Below, in pieces: positions 24,201 through 36,024 of a stretch of 44,954 nucleotides of DNA (the first letter of the stretch is position 1; each line of letters starts with the position of its first letter). The DNA is from Octopus bimaculoides (Eukaryota): positions 65,435,931 through 65,480,884 of the forward strand of contig NC_068988.1 of assembly GCF_001194135.2 (NCBI RefSeq), given 5' to 3'. The position numbers and the translations under genes are program-made. The notes beneath the pieces were generated by a model. It did not search any database and was not told where the DNA came from. It saw nothing but the letters and a program-made list of their open reading frames with translations.

Positions 24201-24598
24201 NNNNNNNNNNNNNNNNNNNNNNNNNNNNNNNNNNNNNNNNNNNNNNNNNNNNNNNNNNNNNNNNNNNNNNNNNNNNNNNNNNNNNNNNNNNNNNNNNNNN
24301 NNNNNNNNNNNNNNNNNNNNNNNNNNNNNNNNNNNNNNNNNNNNNNNNNNNNNNNNNNNNNNNNNNNNNNNNNNNNNNNNNNNNNNNNNNNNNNNNNNNN
24401 NNNNNNNNNNNNNNNNNNNNNNNNNNNNNNNNNNNNNNNNNNNNNNNNNNNNNNNNNNNNNNNNNNNNNNNNNNNNNNNNNNNNNNNNNNNNNNNNNNNN
24501 NNNNNNNNNNNNNNNNNNNNNNNNNNNNNNNNNNNNNNNNNNNNNNNNNNNNNNNNNNNNNNNNNNNNNNNNNNNNNNNNNNNNNNNNNNNNNNNNNN

Positions 24599-24666
<68 letters not shown>

Positions 24667-24770
24667 AGGAGAGAAAAAAATGTGATAAGTGAAGGAGAGA
24701 GTGGGAAAGAAAGAAAGATAGATAGATAGAGAGAGAGGGAGAGAAAGAAAGAGAGTGAGTTGGAAGGAGG
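24130..24770. repeat. Long (GA)n purine tract with N gap upstream of the receptor gene, followed by (CAT)n and (CCT)n tracts in the presumed 5' UTR region
   Basis: Seen directly: (GA)n flanks the gap at 24201-24598, (CAT)n lies at ~24855-24960 and (CCT)n at ~25110-25150. Confidence 0.85.
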
Positions 24771-24894
24771 AGTGATTAAATAAGTTTCGACAAGAAGTAG
24801 TTATAAGAAAAACAACAGTGACAAAAACAAGGAATAACTCTAAGTATAATCGCAGCATCATCGTCATCATCACCGTCATCAAGAGCCATTATTT

Positions 24895-24929
<35 letters not shown>

Positions 24930-25355
24930 TATCATCATCATCATCATCATCATCATCATTACCATAATCCCCATTGTCGTCATCATTACTATATCATCAC
25001 TAAGAAATTTAGAAGTACATATATTGCCCGTAATAGCCAAAAAACAAGACCTGTACTACCTTCATCATTATCATTATAATTTTCGTAGTCATCAGCCTCA
25101 TCCTCATCTCCATCCTCCTCCTCCTCCTCCTCCTCCTCCTCCTCCTCCTCATCATCATCATCATCATCAACTTATACATTATTACAACAGTACACTGACT
25201 CACTGAATTATCAAGTTTATTTGATGTCTAGAGAAAGAAAGAGGATGAAAAATATAAGGAGATGAATAATATAAAGCTATATAAGCATAATAAGACAAAA
25301 CATATAAAGCAATTGTAGCGCTGGACATTGTGTAGTAATTATTCGGATTAATGAG

Positions 25356-26115
25356 ATGGAGAAGGAGAAACACACCTGGATTTTTATCTACCTGACGTTA
25401 CAAACTTACTTATATTTTACGGAACCTTTTCAAACGGAGCCGCGTCGCAACAGGTGCGTGAAACGTGATAATTGTGCTACGTATAATGAGACGGTAGATT
25501 TAAATGTTACAGAAGTTCGAATCGCTGTTTTGGTATCAACAAATAATAGTTTGATGTTTTCTATAGATCGAATTTCTCCAGCTATCGATTTAGCGATAGA
25601 AAAAGTCAAGCACTCAGGTAATTTAAGGACAATTCGTATCAAGGCGAACTATCATGGGGTCACATGCGATGCGACACAACCCCCGCTGGCTGCTTTTAAT
25701 TTCTATATGAACGATGAGGTCGATATATTCTTCGGCCCTGTTTGTGAATATGCTCTGGCTCCAGTCAGTCGCTATTCTTTCTATTGGAATATACCAGTGA
25801 TTAGTCCGGGGGGTATGGCTCATGATTTCCAAGATAAAACTGAGTTTGGAAGTCTCACTCGAGTTGGAATTACTTTCAATGGTCTGAGCGATTCACTGCT
25901 CAGTATATTTCGTTATTACAACTGGAGAAAAGTTTACGTTCTTTACAACAGCAATGGATTGGATACCATTACGTTTAGGTTTTGCTTTTTCACTGTATCA
26001 GCCCTTGCTTTCCAATTAACGAAGGAAAATATATCATATCATTTTCACATTCTCGAGAAAGGTGGATTAAATATAAAGGAGGTCTTATTAAAAGGAATCA
26101 GTACAGGTATTGCAG
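25356..26115 (+). CDS. First coding exon of a natriuretic peptide receptor / receptor guanylyl cyclase family protein (ANF-receptor ligand-binding domain)
   Basis: Clean 253-codon frame from an ATG in strong context (GAGATGG). Motifs include IAVLV...SIDRISPAIDLAIEKV, TCD, DIFFGPVCEYALAPVSRY...WNIPVISPGG...F..LTRVG and FRYYNWRKV, closely matching the NPR GPVCEYAAAPVAR..HW..P motif. It ends at a canonical donor GCAG|GTAAGC (phase 1). NPR1/2/3 orthology and the presence of a cyclase domain cannot be decided from this exon. Confidence 0.93.
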
Positions 26116-26856
26116 GTAAGCTGTTTACTTTTGGAGCATGGCAAAGTTATATCTTTCGTGATTAGTTTTTCTGTTATCTTTCTTCTCTGTACTCTAATAA
26201 ATGCAACACTATTGATTACCTCTATGAGCTGAAGATAAAAGAATTTGTACTCAGAGTGCGATGTTGTATGTTTTTGACAGTAGAACTTTTAAGTTTGTAT
26301 TGGTTCACAAGTTTTCCGTTCATTATTTCAAAGTCTCTAGTATATCTGTGAGTAAGGGTACTCTGCTATTTTGCTTTTCTACCTAACTATTGTTTGTTGC
26401 TTGGTAACCTTCACATATTTATTATTGGATGTTTTGTTTTACAAGTCTTAGGATGAAATAATGGTAACAGTCATGATAAAATCCACTTATATAGATACCT
26501 ACATTGCTGTAATTTTCCCCGTCTTTATGACAGTGCATGTGCATGTTGCATTGATTCAAGGTCATATACTATAGGAAAGGAGTATGGTTGGATTGAATGA
26601 ACTTTGGACGTGGCTGCTTCTTAATTTATGAACAAAATGATAGTAAAAATCCACCCTCGCTCCAAGAAAAAAAAAAAAAAAAAAAAAAAAAATTTCGAAG
26701 TAGACAATAGTAGGATTTGAAGTTCGAATTTAAAGGGACATAACCAAACAGCACAAGACGTTATCTTTTATGTTTCGATTAATATTATTAAGCTAGACAG
26801 AATTTCTGCTCGTAACTGTTAATAACCCTATTTCTCGCTATACATACATACATACA

Positions 26857-26889
<33 letters not shown>

Positions 26890-29016
26890 GAGAATATATA
26901 TATATATATGTATGTATACACATACATACATATTCATAGATAAATACATACATGCATACATACATACATACATACATACATACANNNNNNNNNNTACATA
27001 CATACATACATACATACATAGCTTGATTGATTGATTGATATATATATATATGAATATATGCATACACATATATAAATGTTTGCGTATATACATATATATG
27101 TATATATGTATACATGTGTGTGTATGTGTGTGTGAGTGTATATATATATATATATATATATGTATACACATACATACATACATATATATTTATATATACA
27201 TAACCTGACCCCAGTTGTATGCCTGCTTATATTTTTATTCTATTATACATGTAACTGCTCGATTGATGAACCACCTACAGCCAATAATCATTAGGCAGTA
27301 AGACCATCCGAACACTATTTGATGCATCTATTACTTTACGTCAGCAGACCTGAATTCTATAAAATTATCTAAAAATTCATTTGAAGAATGAACAATAATT
27401 GTCTAATCTAAATAGATCGAATGCTAAGGTTTTAGAGGTAAACATGCTTTGGGACGAGACAGGGACCCTGATTCATTTCTAGGCTCGAGTAAGTTGATTT
27501 ATGTCGCTAATATTCCCGAGAAAGCAAAACGGCAATAATGCTTACATTGTTCATTGCTTTAAATAAACATATTTTATATTTTATCAAAGTTATGTGTAGT
27601 CTGGAATATGATCCCCGCCGCATCTGTACGCACGTATTTGAACTTACGAACAAATAACAGTTCTTGGATATATATTTGATGTGCAGTATTGTGTTAGGAC
27701 CTCTGTATCTTGCAAAATCCTCATACATAAACTAACAAAGAACAAAAAACAAAAAGAAAAACAAACTGAGGGAAATGAGGTATGGTGGCATGTTTGTCGC
27801 CAAACTCCAAATCAATGGAATAAGATTGGTTTATATAGGCTGGTATATATGAGAGAAATAACTATGTGTGTGCTGAGTACCTTTCCTGCCGAAGTCGACT
27901 GTGCCTTTAATCAGTTCGCACCATGTTAGTTTCCATTACAGTCTTATACCAGTCACACATTCGGGATTCGATATAAATGGCCCTACCCTTGACTACAAAA
28001 TTTGTGGCCGTGTGTTGATATTAATGGTTATGTTGTTGTTAGTAGTAGTGAAGATTTTGTGGATATTTTGGGGAATGATATGGAGCTAGTTGTTGATGCT
28101 TTGTGAAATTGTAATACTAATTTCAACGGGGAATCAAATTTGAGATTTAGAATTATCTTGCTTGGAGTATAACTAAACTGTAAGAGATTATCACGTGGTA
28201 TCAAAATTGATAGAAGGACTTGCTCCAAAACAGCAATTCTCTTCTCTCTGTGGATTACTAATTTAACTAAATTTGCAATCTTTAAATAAGGTTTTTGTTG
28301 AGGCAGACGACCACGAGATGATTTTATTCGTGGTTTTAAAACTTTGAATTTATAAAATAATTCGAAGAAATGTGTACCTTTTATGCGATTTATGAGAGTA
28401 CTAATTATAAAATTGAACTGTAATACATGATATAGTTACGGTGCAGGTTATGTGATTTCATAGATGGTGCTCAGAGTAGAGCTACCCAAAACGAGAGCGG
28501 GCAAATCTTTCACAAGTTACCGAATCAGTGAATTCTTCGATTTCGGAATAGATATACAGAGGTTGTTGGTTTAAGTGTGTGTCAACGTATGTGATTTAAA
28601 GTGATTCAACATATCCATAAGTCCATTCGCTACACACGTATACACATATCTATCTTATGTCCTACACTACCGTGCTTTACAGTGAACTTGGTGGTATACA
28701 TGTCATCATACTGTATTTATTATGTAAATCTCTACAAATATATGCATTATATAGGTAAACAAAACAAAAACTTTCTCCACTGTCTGAAAATTTGGACCTG
28801 AACTAAATCTTTTTGACTCAAAAAATGCGAAAATGACATTCATTTATTACCATCACGTGAAGATTTTAAGATACTGGATCCAAAGAATTTCATTGATTTT
28901 TTTTCCAAAAAGCAGCTTATGAAGAACACAGTATAACATAGAAATACAATTAGAAATCATTTTTTCTTCAAAATCAGAATGTTTTCTTAAAAGTCTACTG
29001 AAAAACTAGTAAAAAT

Positions 29017-29460
29017 CTACAAACAAATTACATCATCGTTTTTGTCTAACTTCCGATGAATATGCGTTTGGAGGATTTTTTGGTGGACACGTTCTCCTTG
29101 CTTGTCACTTCTGTTACCAAGATTTTCAGAGAATTTATCAAGGTGATAGTGCTGCTTAATGCCAATATTTGCTCCCAACTTTTGAAAGTTCTCTAGCTTG
29201 TTGTCGACTATTTCGGTATAGCTGGTTACACTCTTGTTGTCCAGAAAATCATTTACGACAACTATAACGAACGAATTCCATGCAGCAGCTTTCAACAATT
29301 TTCTGATTTGAGGACCATCATATACTCCAGTTTTTATATTTTCATTGTTTAGACCAGGAAATGTGTTGTAGATACAGTAAAAGCTCGGTCCATCTTTATC
29401 CAGAGCATTAACAAACTACTTCATAATGCCAAATTTGTTATGGAGCGGAGGATTTTTCCC
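29017..29460 (-). pseudogene. Decayed DNA-transposon transposase, probably Sola-like
   Basis: Minus strand reads PPLHNKFGIMK*FVNALDKDG...GVYDGPQIRKL...KAAAWNSF...FLDNK...HLDKFSENLGNRSDKQGERVHQ. The PPLHxKLG / GPQIRKL / SDEQGERFHQ signature is recognisable. The Sola2 assignment is from memory. Confidence 0.7.
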
Positions 29461-29852
29461 GGTTGAACTAAAGGCTCTTCAACAAAAGAATTCTTTTTTT
29501 AGTTGCAGCATATCAACCCCACCACTTTCAAATCAGATAAAAAAAAAGTCCGGATAACAAAGTAGTTGTTCGGTTGTGTTATCACTAGCTATTCCCTCTC
29601 TCTGTTCGTCTCTCTTCACTCCCTATCTCCCACTCTTTTCACTCTATTTTCTCTCTATATATTACATACCTTCATATTTACATGCACACATCACATATCT
29701 CTCTCTACATATTCTTCCGTTTATTTAATAAATTAGACATTGAACACACATCCATGTAATTCTTTTTAATAATGGTTGGGTACTGAATAAGTGCATCATT
29801 TAGTCGAATTGAGATATTCATTGTGAACTTCATGTATGCCTAGTTACTAGGC

Positions 29853-29928
<76 letters not shown>

Positions 29929-30679
29929 CTGTCTGTCTGTTTATCAGTCTGTCTGTCAGTCTAACAGTCAGTCTGCTTGTCTGTCTGTCTGTCTGTCTCT
30001 GTCTGTTTTGTCTCTCCCTACCTTTCTCTCTCTAATCACCTTTCAAATTTCTATGTCAGTAGACAGAATTTCTTATATATTCTGTCCGATGCCCTAATAA
30101 ATTAGTGTTACACATCAGGGTGTCTGCAACAAAACATGCAGCATTTACCACCATGACGTGCAAATGACAGCTTTGTAAGAATATATCCATACGATACATG
30201 TTCCACCAATCAAAATAACGTTTCCTGAATAATACGCTGTAAGGGGCCGCTTAAAATGACATCAATTTTTAAAAGTCACAGATATTTGTATGCATTCTTC
30301 TAAATAAAGTTTAAGAATTGATTTCATACAATGACTACAATGACATTGTAAAGGATATAATGAATGTATTTTCTGGTTTTTGGTATTTCTTATGTAATTA
30401 AATATCTCACAATAATTCTGAAAACACAACCAAGGAAAGGCGACAAAATAAAATAAGAAAGTAGGAAATTGATACCACAGAAATATATTTTGAGAACGGC
30501 CGCCTATTGAATGTTAAATATATAGAGGTTGCTTGAAGGTTTAGCAAATACCTGATCGACATAACTAACACTATGCCTCGGAACGGTTTTCTGGAAGTTT
30601 TAGTGTTCATGTAAAATCACTAGATATGGTAAATACGATTAAGAACTGTAATGTATGATGTGTGAGAGGTCGTGTTATA

Positions 30680-31090
30680 AGGGTGGAGAGTTGACAGAGC
30701 GGTTAGAGCTGTGTTTCTCAACCGTTTTTTGCCCATTGACACTTTTGATTCCCATTCTACTCTATTAGACCCACCCTCATAGCCATTCAATGTTTAAAAC
30801 GTCCTATTATATTTTCATAATTAAATATCATTAGGAATTGTATAAAAATGCTAAAATATTTTGTGTATTGTTGAAATAGAAACAATTCATTGCACACAAA
30901 TTTTAAAAGCAAACTCTTTCATTGCCCCCCCCCCACCAAGGGCCACGTGGCCACTGGTTGAGAACCACTGGGTTAGAGTGTCGGATTAAATGCCACACGG
31001 TATTTGTTCCGTATCCCTGCGTTCTGAGTACTAATTCCACAGAAGTTAACTTTGCTTTCCAACTTATCGGGGTCGGTAGAAAACTGTCAA
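30680..31090 (+). mobile_element. Old SINE family C copy split by the Charlie MITE
   Basis: Removing the MITE and one TSD gives GGGTGGAGAGTTGACAGAGCGGTTAGAGTGTCGGATTAAATGCC...GTTCTGAGTACTAATTCC...CTTATCGGGGTCGGTAG, a decayed family C head and body. Confidence 0.65.
30709..30970. mobile_element. 262-bp hAT Charlie/Buster-type MITE with intact 8-bp TSD
   Basis: GGTTAGAG|CTGTGTTTCTCAACC ... GGTTGAGAACCACTG|GGTTAGAG. The TSD at 30701-30708 and 30971-30978 has the NNNTANNN form typical of Buster/Charlie elements. Confidence 0.92.
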
Positions 31091-32328
31091 TCACGGAGCT
31101 GTAAGCATGCTGGATATTTGTTCAGGCTCTTTGCTTTCTGAGTTCAAATCCCGTCATGGATTACTTGGGTGATAGACTTAATCTACCACCCAGTTTAATA
31201 TCACCACCCGGCACCTTGGATGCCTTTAGGTGAGTGCACTCTGTTGCAAATATTAGGGGTAAGTCTCTGGTTTTCAGATACCTTCCCTTCTATCAGTCTC
31301 GGAGTTTCTGCAAAGGTCATGAACACTGCCTTCCTTCCTGACTAAAAAAAAAGACCCAGAAAAATATACCTCAACATTTTATGTTCAGTTTTTACGTAGG
31401 TTGATATTTACCTTTCTTCAGATAAGGATTCAAAAAACAAACCAGCTAAACACTGAGAACAGTTGGGAGTAGAATATAGCCAATTATTTAGTTCAGTGTC
31501 TTATATTATATTCACAAGCATAATTGTTTATATTCACACATCAATTACACTCTAAACCGATTCTAAATTCTGTTCTAGCGTCTCAGATACGTATGTAGAT
31601 AGTTTAGAATATATAATATTCCACGACATGTTTGTACAGCTTTTCAAGTTGAAGTAAACAGTGTTGCTACGTAACTCATACAAGTTTGCTCAACACTGTT
31701 TGAGATGAAAGAAATGTGGCATGATATTTGAAGAAAGGGTAAAAATCGAAACGTCCATTAAAGATTAAATATTTTGTTGGTCCAATTTACAAGGTTTATG
31801 CACTTTGATAAGTTGTTGCTATTGTTGTTGTTGTTGTGTAGACCAGGTCTTGTCTTGCAGAGGAAAATATTGGTAAGTGCCGTAGCTAGGAGTCAGTATG
31901 AGGAATCATTCTGTTTGTGGATCATAGATTAAAGTTATAAAAGGTGTGGTCACTAATTGAAAACATAAGAAAATGTAGTGAAGAAGTTGATTGATCGAGA
32001 GATCGAACCTGTGTTGTAGATTTTATTTGTCGACAGCTCATAATCCGCGTATGGTGATGAGTTGGTGATGAAAAAAATAATAGGACACAAGAACACATTT
32101 TGGCCGAGAAGTTTTCTTGGATAACTGGTAACATATTTTGTCAATTGTTTTGTCAAGGTAAAGTCGGCTTGATTTGAGCCCGGAACATGAAGAAATTTAA
32201 CTAAAAACCATTTGTTGCCTCACTCAAACGTTCCTGTCAGCCACAACATATAAACAGTAATTATTTCTTATATTGGTTTCAAATTTTGGCATAAGGCTCG
32301 TGATTTTGGGGGAAGAGGTAAGTCGATT

Positions 32329-32359
<31 letters not shown>

Positions 32360-32374
32360 CACACACACTTATGT

Positions 32375-32580
32375 AAATAATCATAAATAAGGGCCAAAGA
32401 AGAAAGTTTTCTATGCCAATATGCTGAAAAATAGACCTTACATCGTCTAACCACATATATTTTTCACTATAAATACACAGCGTGTAGTGAAAAATATTTT
32501 ATGCGATTAGACGATCTAAGATCTATTTTTCAGCGTATTGGCATAATTTTTTTTCTTTTGCCCTTATTTATAATTGTTTG
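32375..32580. repeat. ~205-bp foldback inverted repeat (palindromic MITE-like element)
   Basis: Arms ~32375-32469 and ~32485-32580 are imperfect reverse complements: ATAAATAAGGGC...TATGCCAAT.GCTGAAAAATAGA...TCGTCTAA...TATTTTTCACTA. The mirrored ORFs MWLDDVRSIFQHIGI (minus) and MRLDDLRSIFQRIGI (plus) confirm the symmetry. Confidence 0.9.
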
Positions 32581-33396
32581 TAATTTTCGCCTTAAAAGGC
32601 ATTTTAATATGCTGGCGACTGATAAATTAAAAAAAAAAGAATTATCCTTATATTGGAAGTATATATGTATTTATATATATATAAATTATAAATATTATTG
32701 CGATAAAATAGTTTTGTTTTTCAATGCAATAGTATTATTTCCCAGCGAAATAAGCACCGCAAGGTAGAATTATAAATAAGACATAGTGACACAACAAGGT
32801 ACCAATTTTTGTTGGAAATAGCAATCGATAACCGTACCTTGTTGTCCCACATGTATATATATATATATATATATNNNNNNNNNNNNNNNNNNNNNNNNNN
32901 NNNNNNNNNNNNNNNNNNNNNNNNNNNNNNNNNNNNNNNNNNNNNNNNNNNNNNNNNNNNNNNNNNNNNNNNNNNNNNNNNNNNNNNNNNNNNNNNNNNN
33001 NNNNNNNNNNNNNNNNNNNNNNNNNNNNNNNNNNNNNNNNNNNNNNNNNNNNNNNNNNNNNNNNNNATATATATATATATATATATATATAATGTGAGTG
33101 TATAAGGATGAAATTATCCAGGTGGGTACCGTAGTAGTTCTCGGGAATATTCCAGGTTTCGTCTAACCGCATCAAGAAGTATCGCTAGGTATTAACAATC
33201 ACGCTAACCGTATCAAGTATGATCGCTAGATATTAGCAACTCTGCTGTAATTATTCCGATGTGGTGGTATCAATGAAGAGAGAAGGTGGGTAAGAGTGAA
33301 GAGGGGAAGTAGGTGTCAGATGAAGGGAGGAGAGGAGAGGTGGTTAGGTGTGAAGAAAGAAAGTAGGTGTCGGATGTAGAGAGGACAGGAGGGGAG

Positions 33397-34230
33397 TCAG
33401 ATGAAGAGAAGTGGGGAGTTGAGCCCATGTAGGGCAAAGTAGCGAAGAGAGAAGATTAATTCTTGTTCACGACATGGGCGGGAGTCCGGATGGCCTCTAT
33501 GCAAAGACAATCCGAAGACAGGAAAGTGTTGCAGTGAATGACCGGTAAAGCGGAAATCACGCGAGACCAGGGTGTCATTGCTGAGTCTAATGTCTCGGAT
33601 GTGCTTCACGAACCGGTCAGCCAAGTGGCGTTCCGTTTGACCGATGTACAGAGAAGGGCAGAAAGAGCAGGAGATGCAGTAAATGACGTTGCTAGAAGTG
33701 CAGGTAAAGGAGTCGGTGATATGATAGGAACAATGATGGGTGCCTGTGGGGATGATGGTGTTGAAGAGGTAGGGGCAAGTGCGGCAGCGTGGGCGGGAGC
33801 AGAGGCACGAGCCAGGTTAAGAGGAGGAGAAGGGAAGAAACTGTGAATCAGGAGGTCACGCAGGTCGTGGGCTCATTTGAAGGAGGGAAAGAGTAGGTTG
33901 GGGAAAATGTGCGAGGTGGAGGGGTCGAACTGGAGTCGCCGGAAGGCTCGGAGAATGGTGCGTTGGAGGGGAAGTGTGGAGTGGTGGGAGGTGAGGGGAA
34001 ATGGTAGACGGGAAACGACGAGGCGGGAGAAAGAGCAGAGACACGGTCCACGGAACGTGCTCTGGCAAGGGCTCTGTGGATAGTGGTGATGGGATATCCA
34101 TGATGCATGAAGTGGTGAGACATGAGTTGAGACTGAGTTTCAAAGTCGTGGTTGTCATTGCAGAGCTTGCGCAGACGGCGGGATTGGGAGTAGGGAATGG
34201 AGAGCCTGGTGTGGGTATGGTGGGAGGAGG
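33397..34230 (-). pseudogene. Penelope-like element: RT thumb/linker plus GIY-YIG endonuclease, frameshifted, 5'-truncated
   Basis: Minus strand reads HTRLSIPYSQSRRLRKLC...FMHHGYP...ALARAR, then SRPRCRTCP, FTCTSSNVIYCISCSFCPSLYIGQTERHLADRFVKHIRDIR and REQELIFSL...HGLN. Purine-rich imperfect repeats follow at ~33290-33396. Confidence 0.88.
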
Positions 34231-34243
34231 ATGTATATACATG

Positions 34244-34283
<40 letters not shown>

Positions 34284-34830
34284 NNNNNNNNNNNNNNNNN
34301 NNNNNNNNNNNNNNNNNNNNNNNNNNNNNNNNNNNNNNNNNNNNNNNNNNNNNNNNNNNNNNNNNNNNNNNNNNNNNNNNNNNNNNNNNNNNNNNNNNNN
34401 NNNNNNNNNNNNNNNNNNNNNNNNNNNNNNNNNNNNNNNNNNNNNNNNNNNNNNNNNNNNNNNNNNNNNNNNNNNNNNNNNNNNNNNNNNNNNNNNNNNN
34501 NNNNNNNNNNNNNNNNNNNNNNNNNNNNNNNNNNNNNNNNNNNNNNNNNNNNNNNNNNNNNNNNNNNNNNNNNNNNNNNNNNNNNNNNNNNNNNNNNNNN
34601 NNNNNNNNNNNNNNNNNNNNNNNNNNNNNNNNNNNNNNNNNNNNNNNNNNNNNNNNNNNNNNNNNNNNNNNNNNNNNNNNNNNNNNNNNNNNNNNNNNNN
34701 NNNNNNNNNNNNNNNNNNNNNNNNNNNNNNNNNNNNNNNNNNNNNNNNNNNNNNNNNNNNNNNNNNNNNNNNNNNNNNNNNNNNNNNNNNNNNNNNNNNN
34801 NNNNNNNNNNNNNNNNNNNNNNNNNNNNNN

Positions 34831-36024
34831 NAATCAATAATGTATTCACGCTTGTTGCTTACAACTTCTTCCCAACGTTCAACAAGATTTTCAATACCTC
34901 GTTGGTATAAATCACTCGATTTCGACTCGAAAAATTGATCCAACTAAGCTTTCAATTCTGCATCAGTATTGAACGAAACTCCGCGCATAGCACTTGAAAG
35001 AGACCGAAAGAGGTGGAAATCCGTTGGTACCAAATCAGGAGAGTACAGTGAGTGTGGCAGCACTTCCCAGCCATGCGTTTGAATGGATTCCTTGGTCATA
35101 TTGGCGATATGAGGGCGGGCGTTGTCGTGCAGCAGAACTCCATGCTGCCGATTAGGTCTTTTCTCTTGAATAGCCGTGTTGAGTCGTTCCATCTGTTGAA
35201 CATAAAGTTCCGCGTTGACCGTTTGGTTCCGTTCAAGCAATTCGTAATGGATAATCCCTTCCCAGTCCCACCATACGCACAATATCATTTTACGTGGATG
35301 AAGATCTTGTTTCACGCACGGTGTCGCTTCTTTACTGGGGCTAAGCCACTCCTTACGCTGCTTCATATTGATGTACAGGCATCATTTTACGTCGCCAGTA
35401 ACGATTCAGTAAAGAAATCGTTGCTTGTGTCCATGAGTTGAGCGGTGACGAGCAAGCAAACCAGCAAAGATTGTGGCTCGTTGATTTTTTGTTGTTGTCA
35501 CTTAAAGCATGCAGAACCCATGCTCCATACTTCTGAACCTTTCCCATCGAGTGAAGATGCTTTCTATAGCAGTGTGGGACCATTCCATTTCCTCTGCCAG
35601 TTCCTTTGTCGTTTGACGAAAATTTTCGTGCAAAAGTTAGTTTAATCGCTTTTCATCGAACTCAACTGGACGGCCAGAATAGGTGCGTCCATTTTTGAAC
35701 TTGGTATGCCAATCGCGAGTGGTTCTTTCAGCTATGGCATCCTCTCCTTACACAGCACAAACGTCGCGAGCAGCTTCTGCGGTCTTAGAACCTTGATTAA
35801 AATCAAAAAGAAGGAGGTGTCGAAAATGCTCGTTTTTCTTAACTTGACATTCCATTTTAATGATCTGAAAATAAACAAAAATTAACTAAAATTAACTAGA
35901 AAAACAAAAAAGATACCAAAACGATTCAAAAATAGAATTCTCGAAAAAAATAGATTCCAAAATTTAGAAACGCAATAAATTCCAAAATTTGAAAAAAACG
36001 GCGGCAACTTAGTTGCCAACCCAA
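34831..36024 (-). mobile_element. Near full-length mariner (D,D34D) transposon, inactivated
   Basis: Left TIR TA|TTGGGTTGGCAACTAAGTTGCCGC at 36024 and ATG at 35855 (MECQVKKNEHFRHLLLFDFNQG). Motifs WVLHAL, IVTGDVK*CLYIN, LCVWWD..G, HDNARPH, YSPDLVPTDFHLF and FY.RGI..LVERW..V. Several stops and frameshifts. The right TIR falls in the gap. Confidence 0.92.

Noticed and set aside
26116-26165. Read-through C-terminus GKLFTFGAWQSYIFRD* given in the ORF track
   Set aside because: It follows a consensus GTAAG donor and has no family similarity, so it is treated as intron.
33140-33180. Second hammerhead-like string on the minus strand (UUGAUGC-GGUUAGAC-GAAA-CCUGG) 3' of the Penelope ORF
   Set aside because: Two core mismatches, poor helix II pairing and no valid NUH triplet. 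The position is suggestive, but the motif is too decayed to support.
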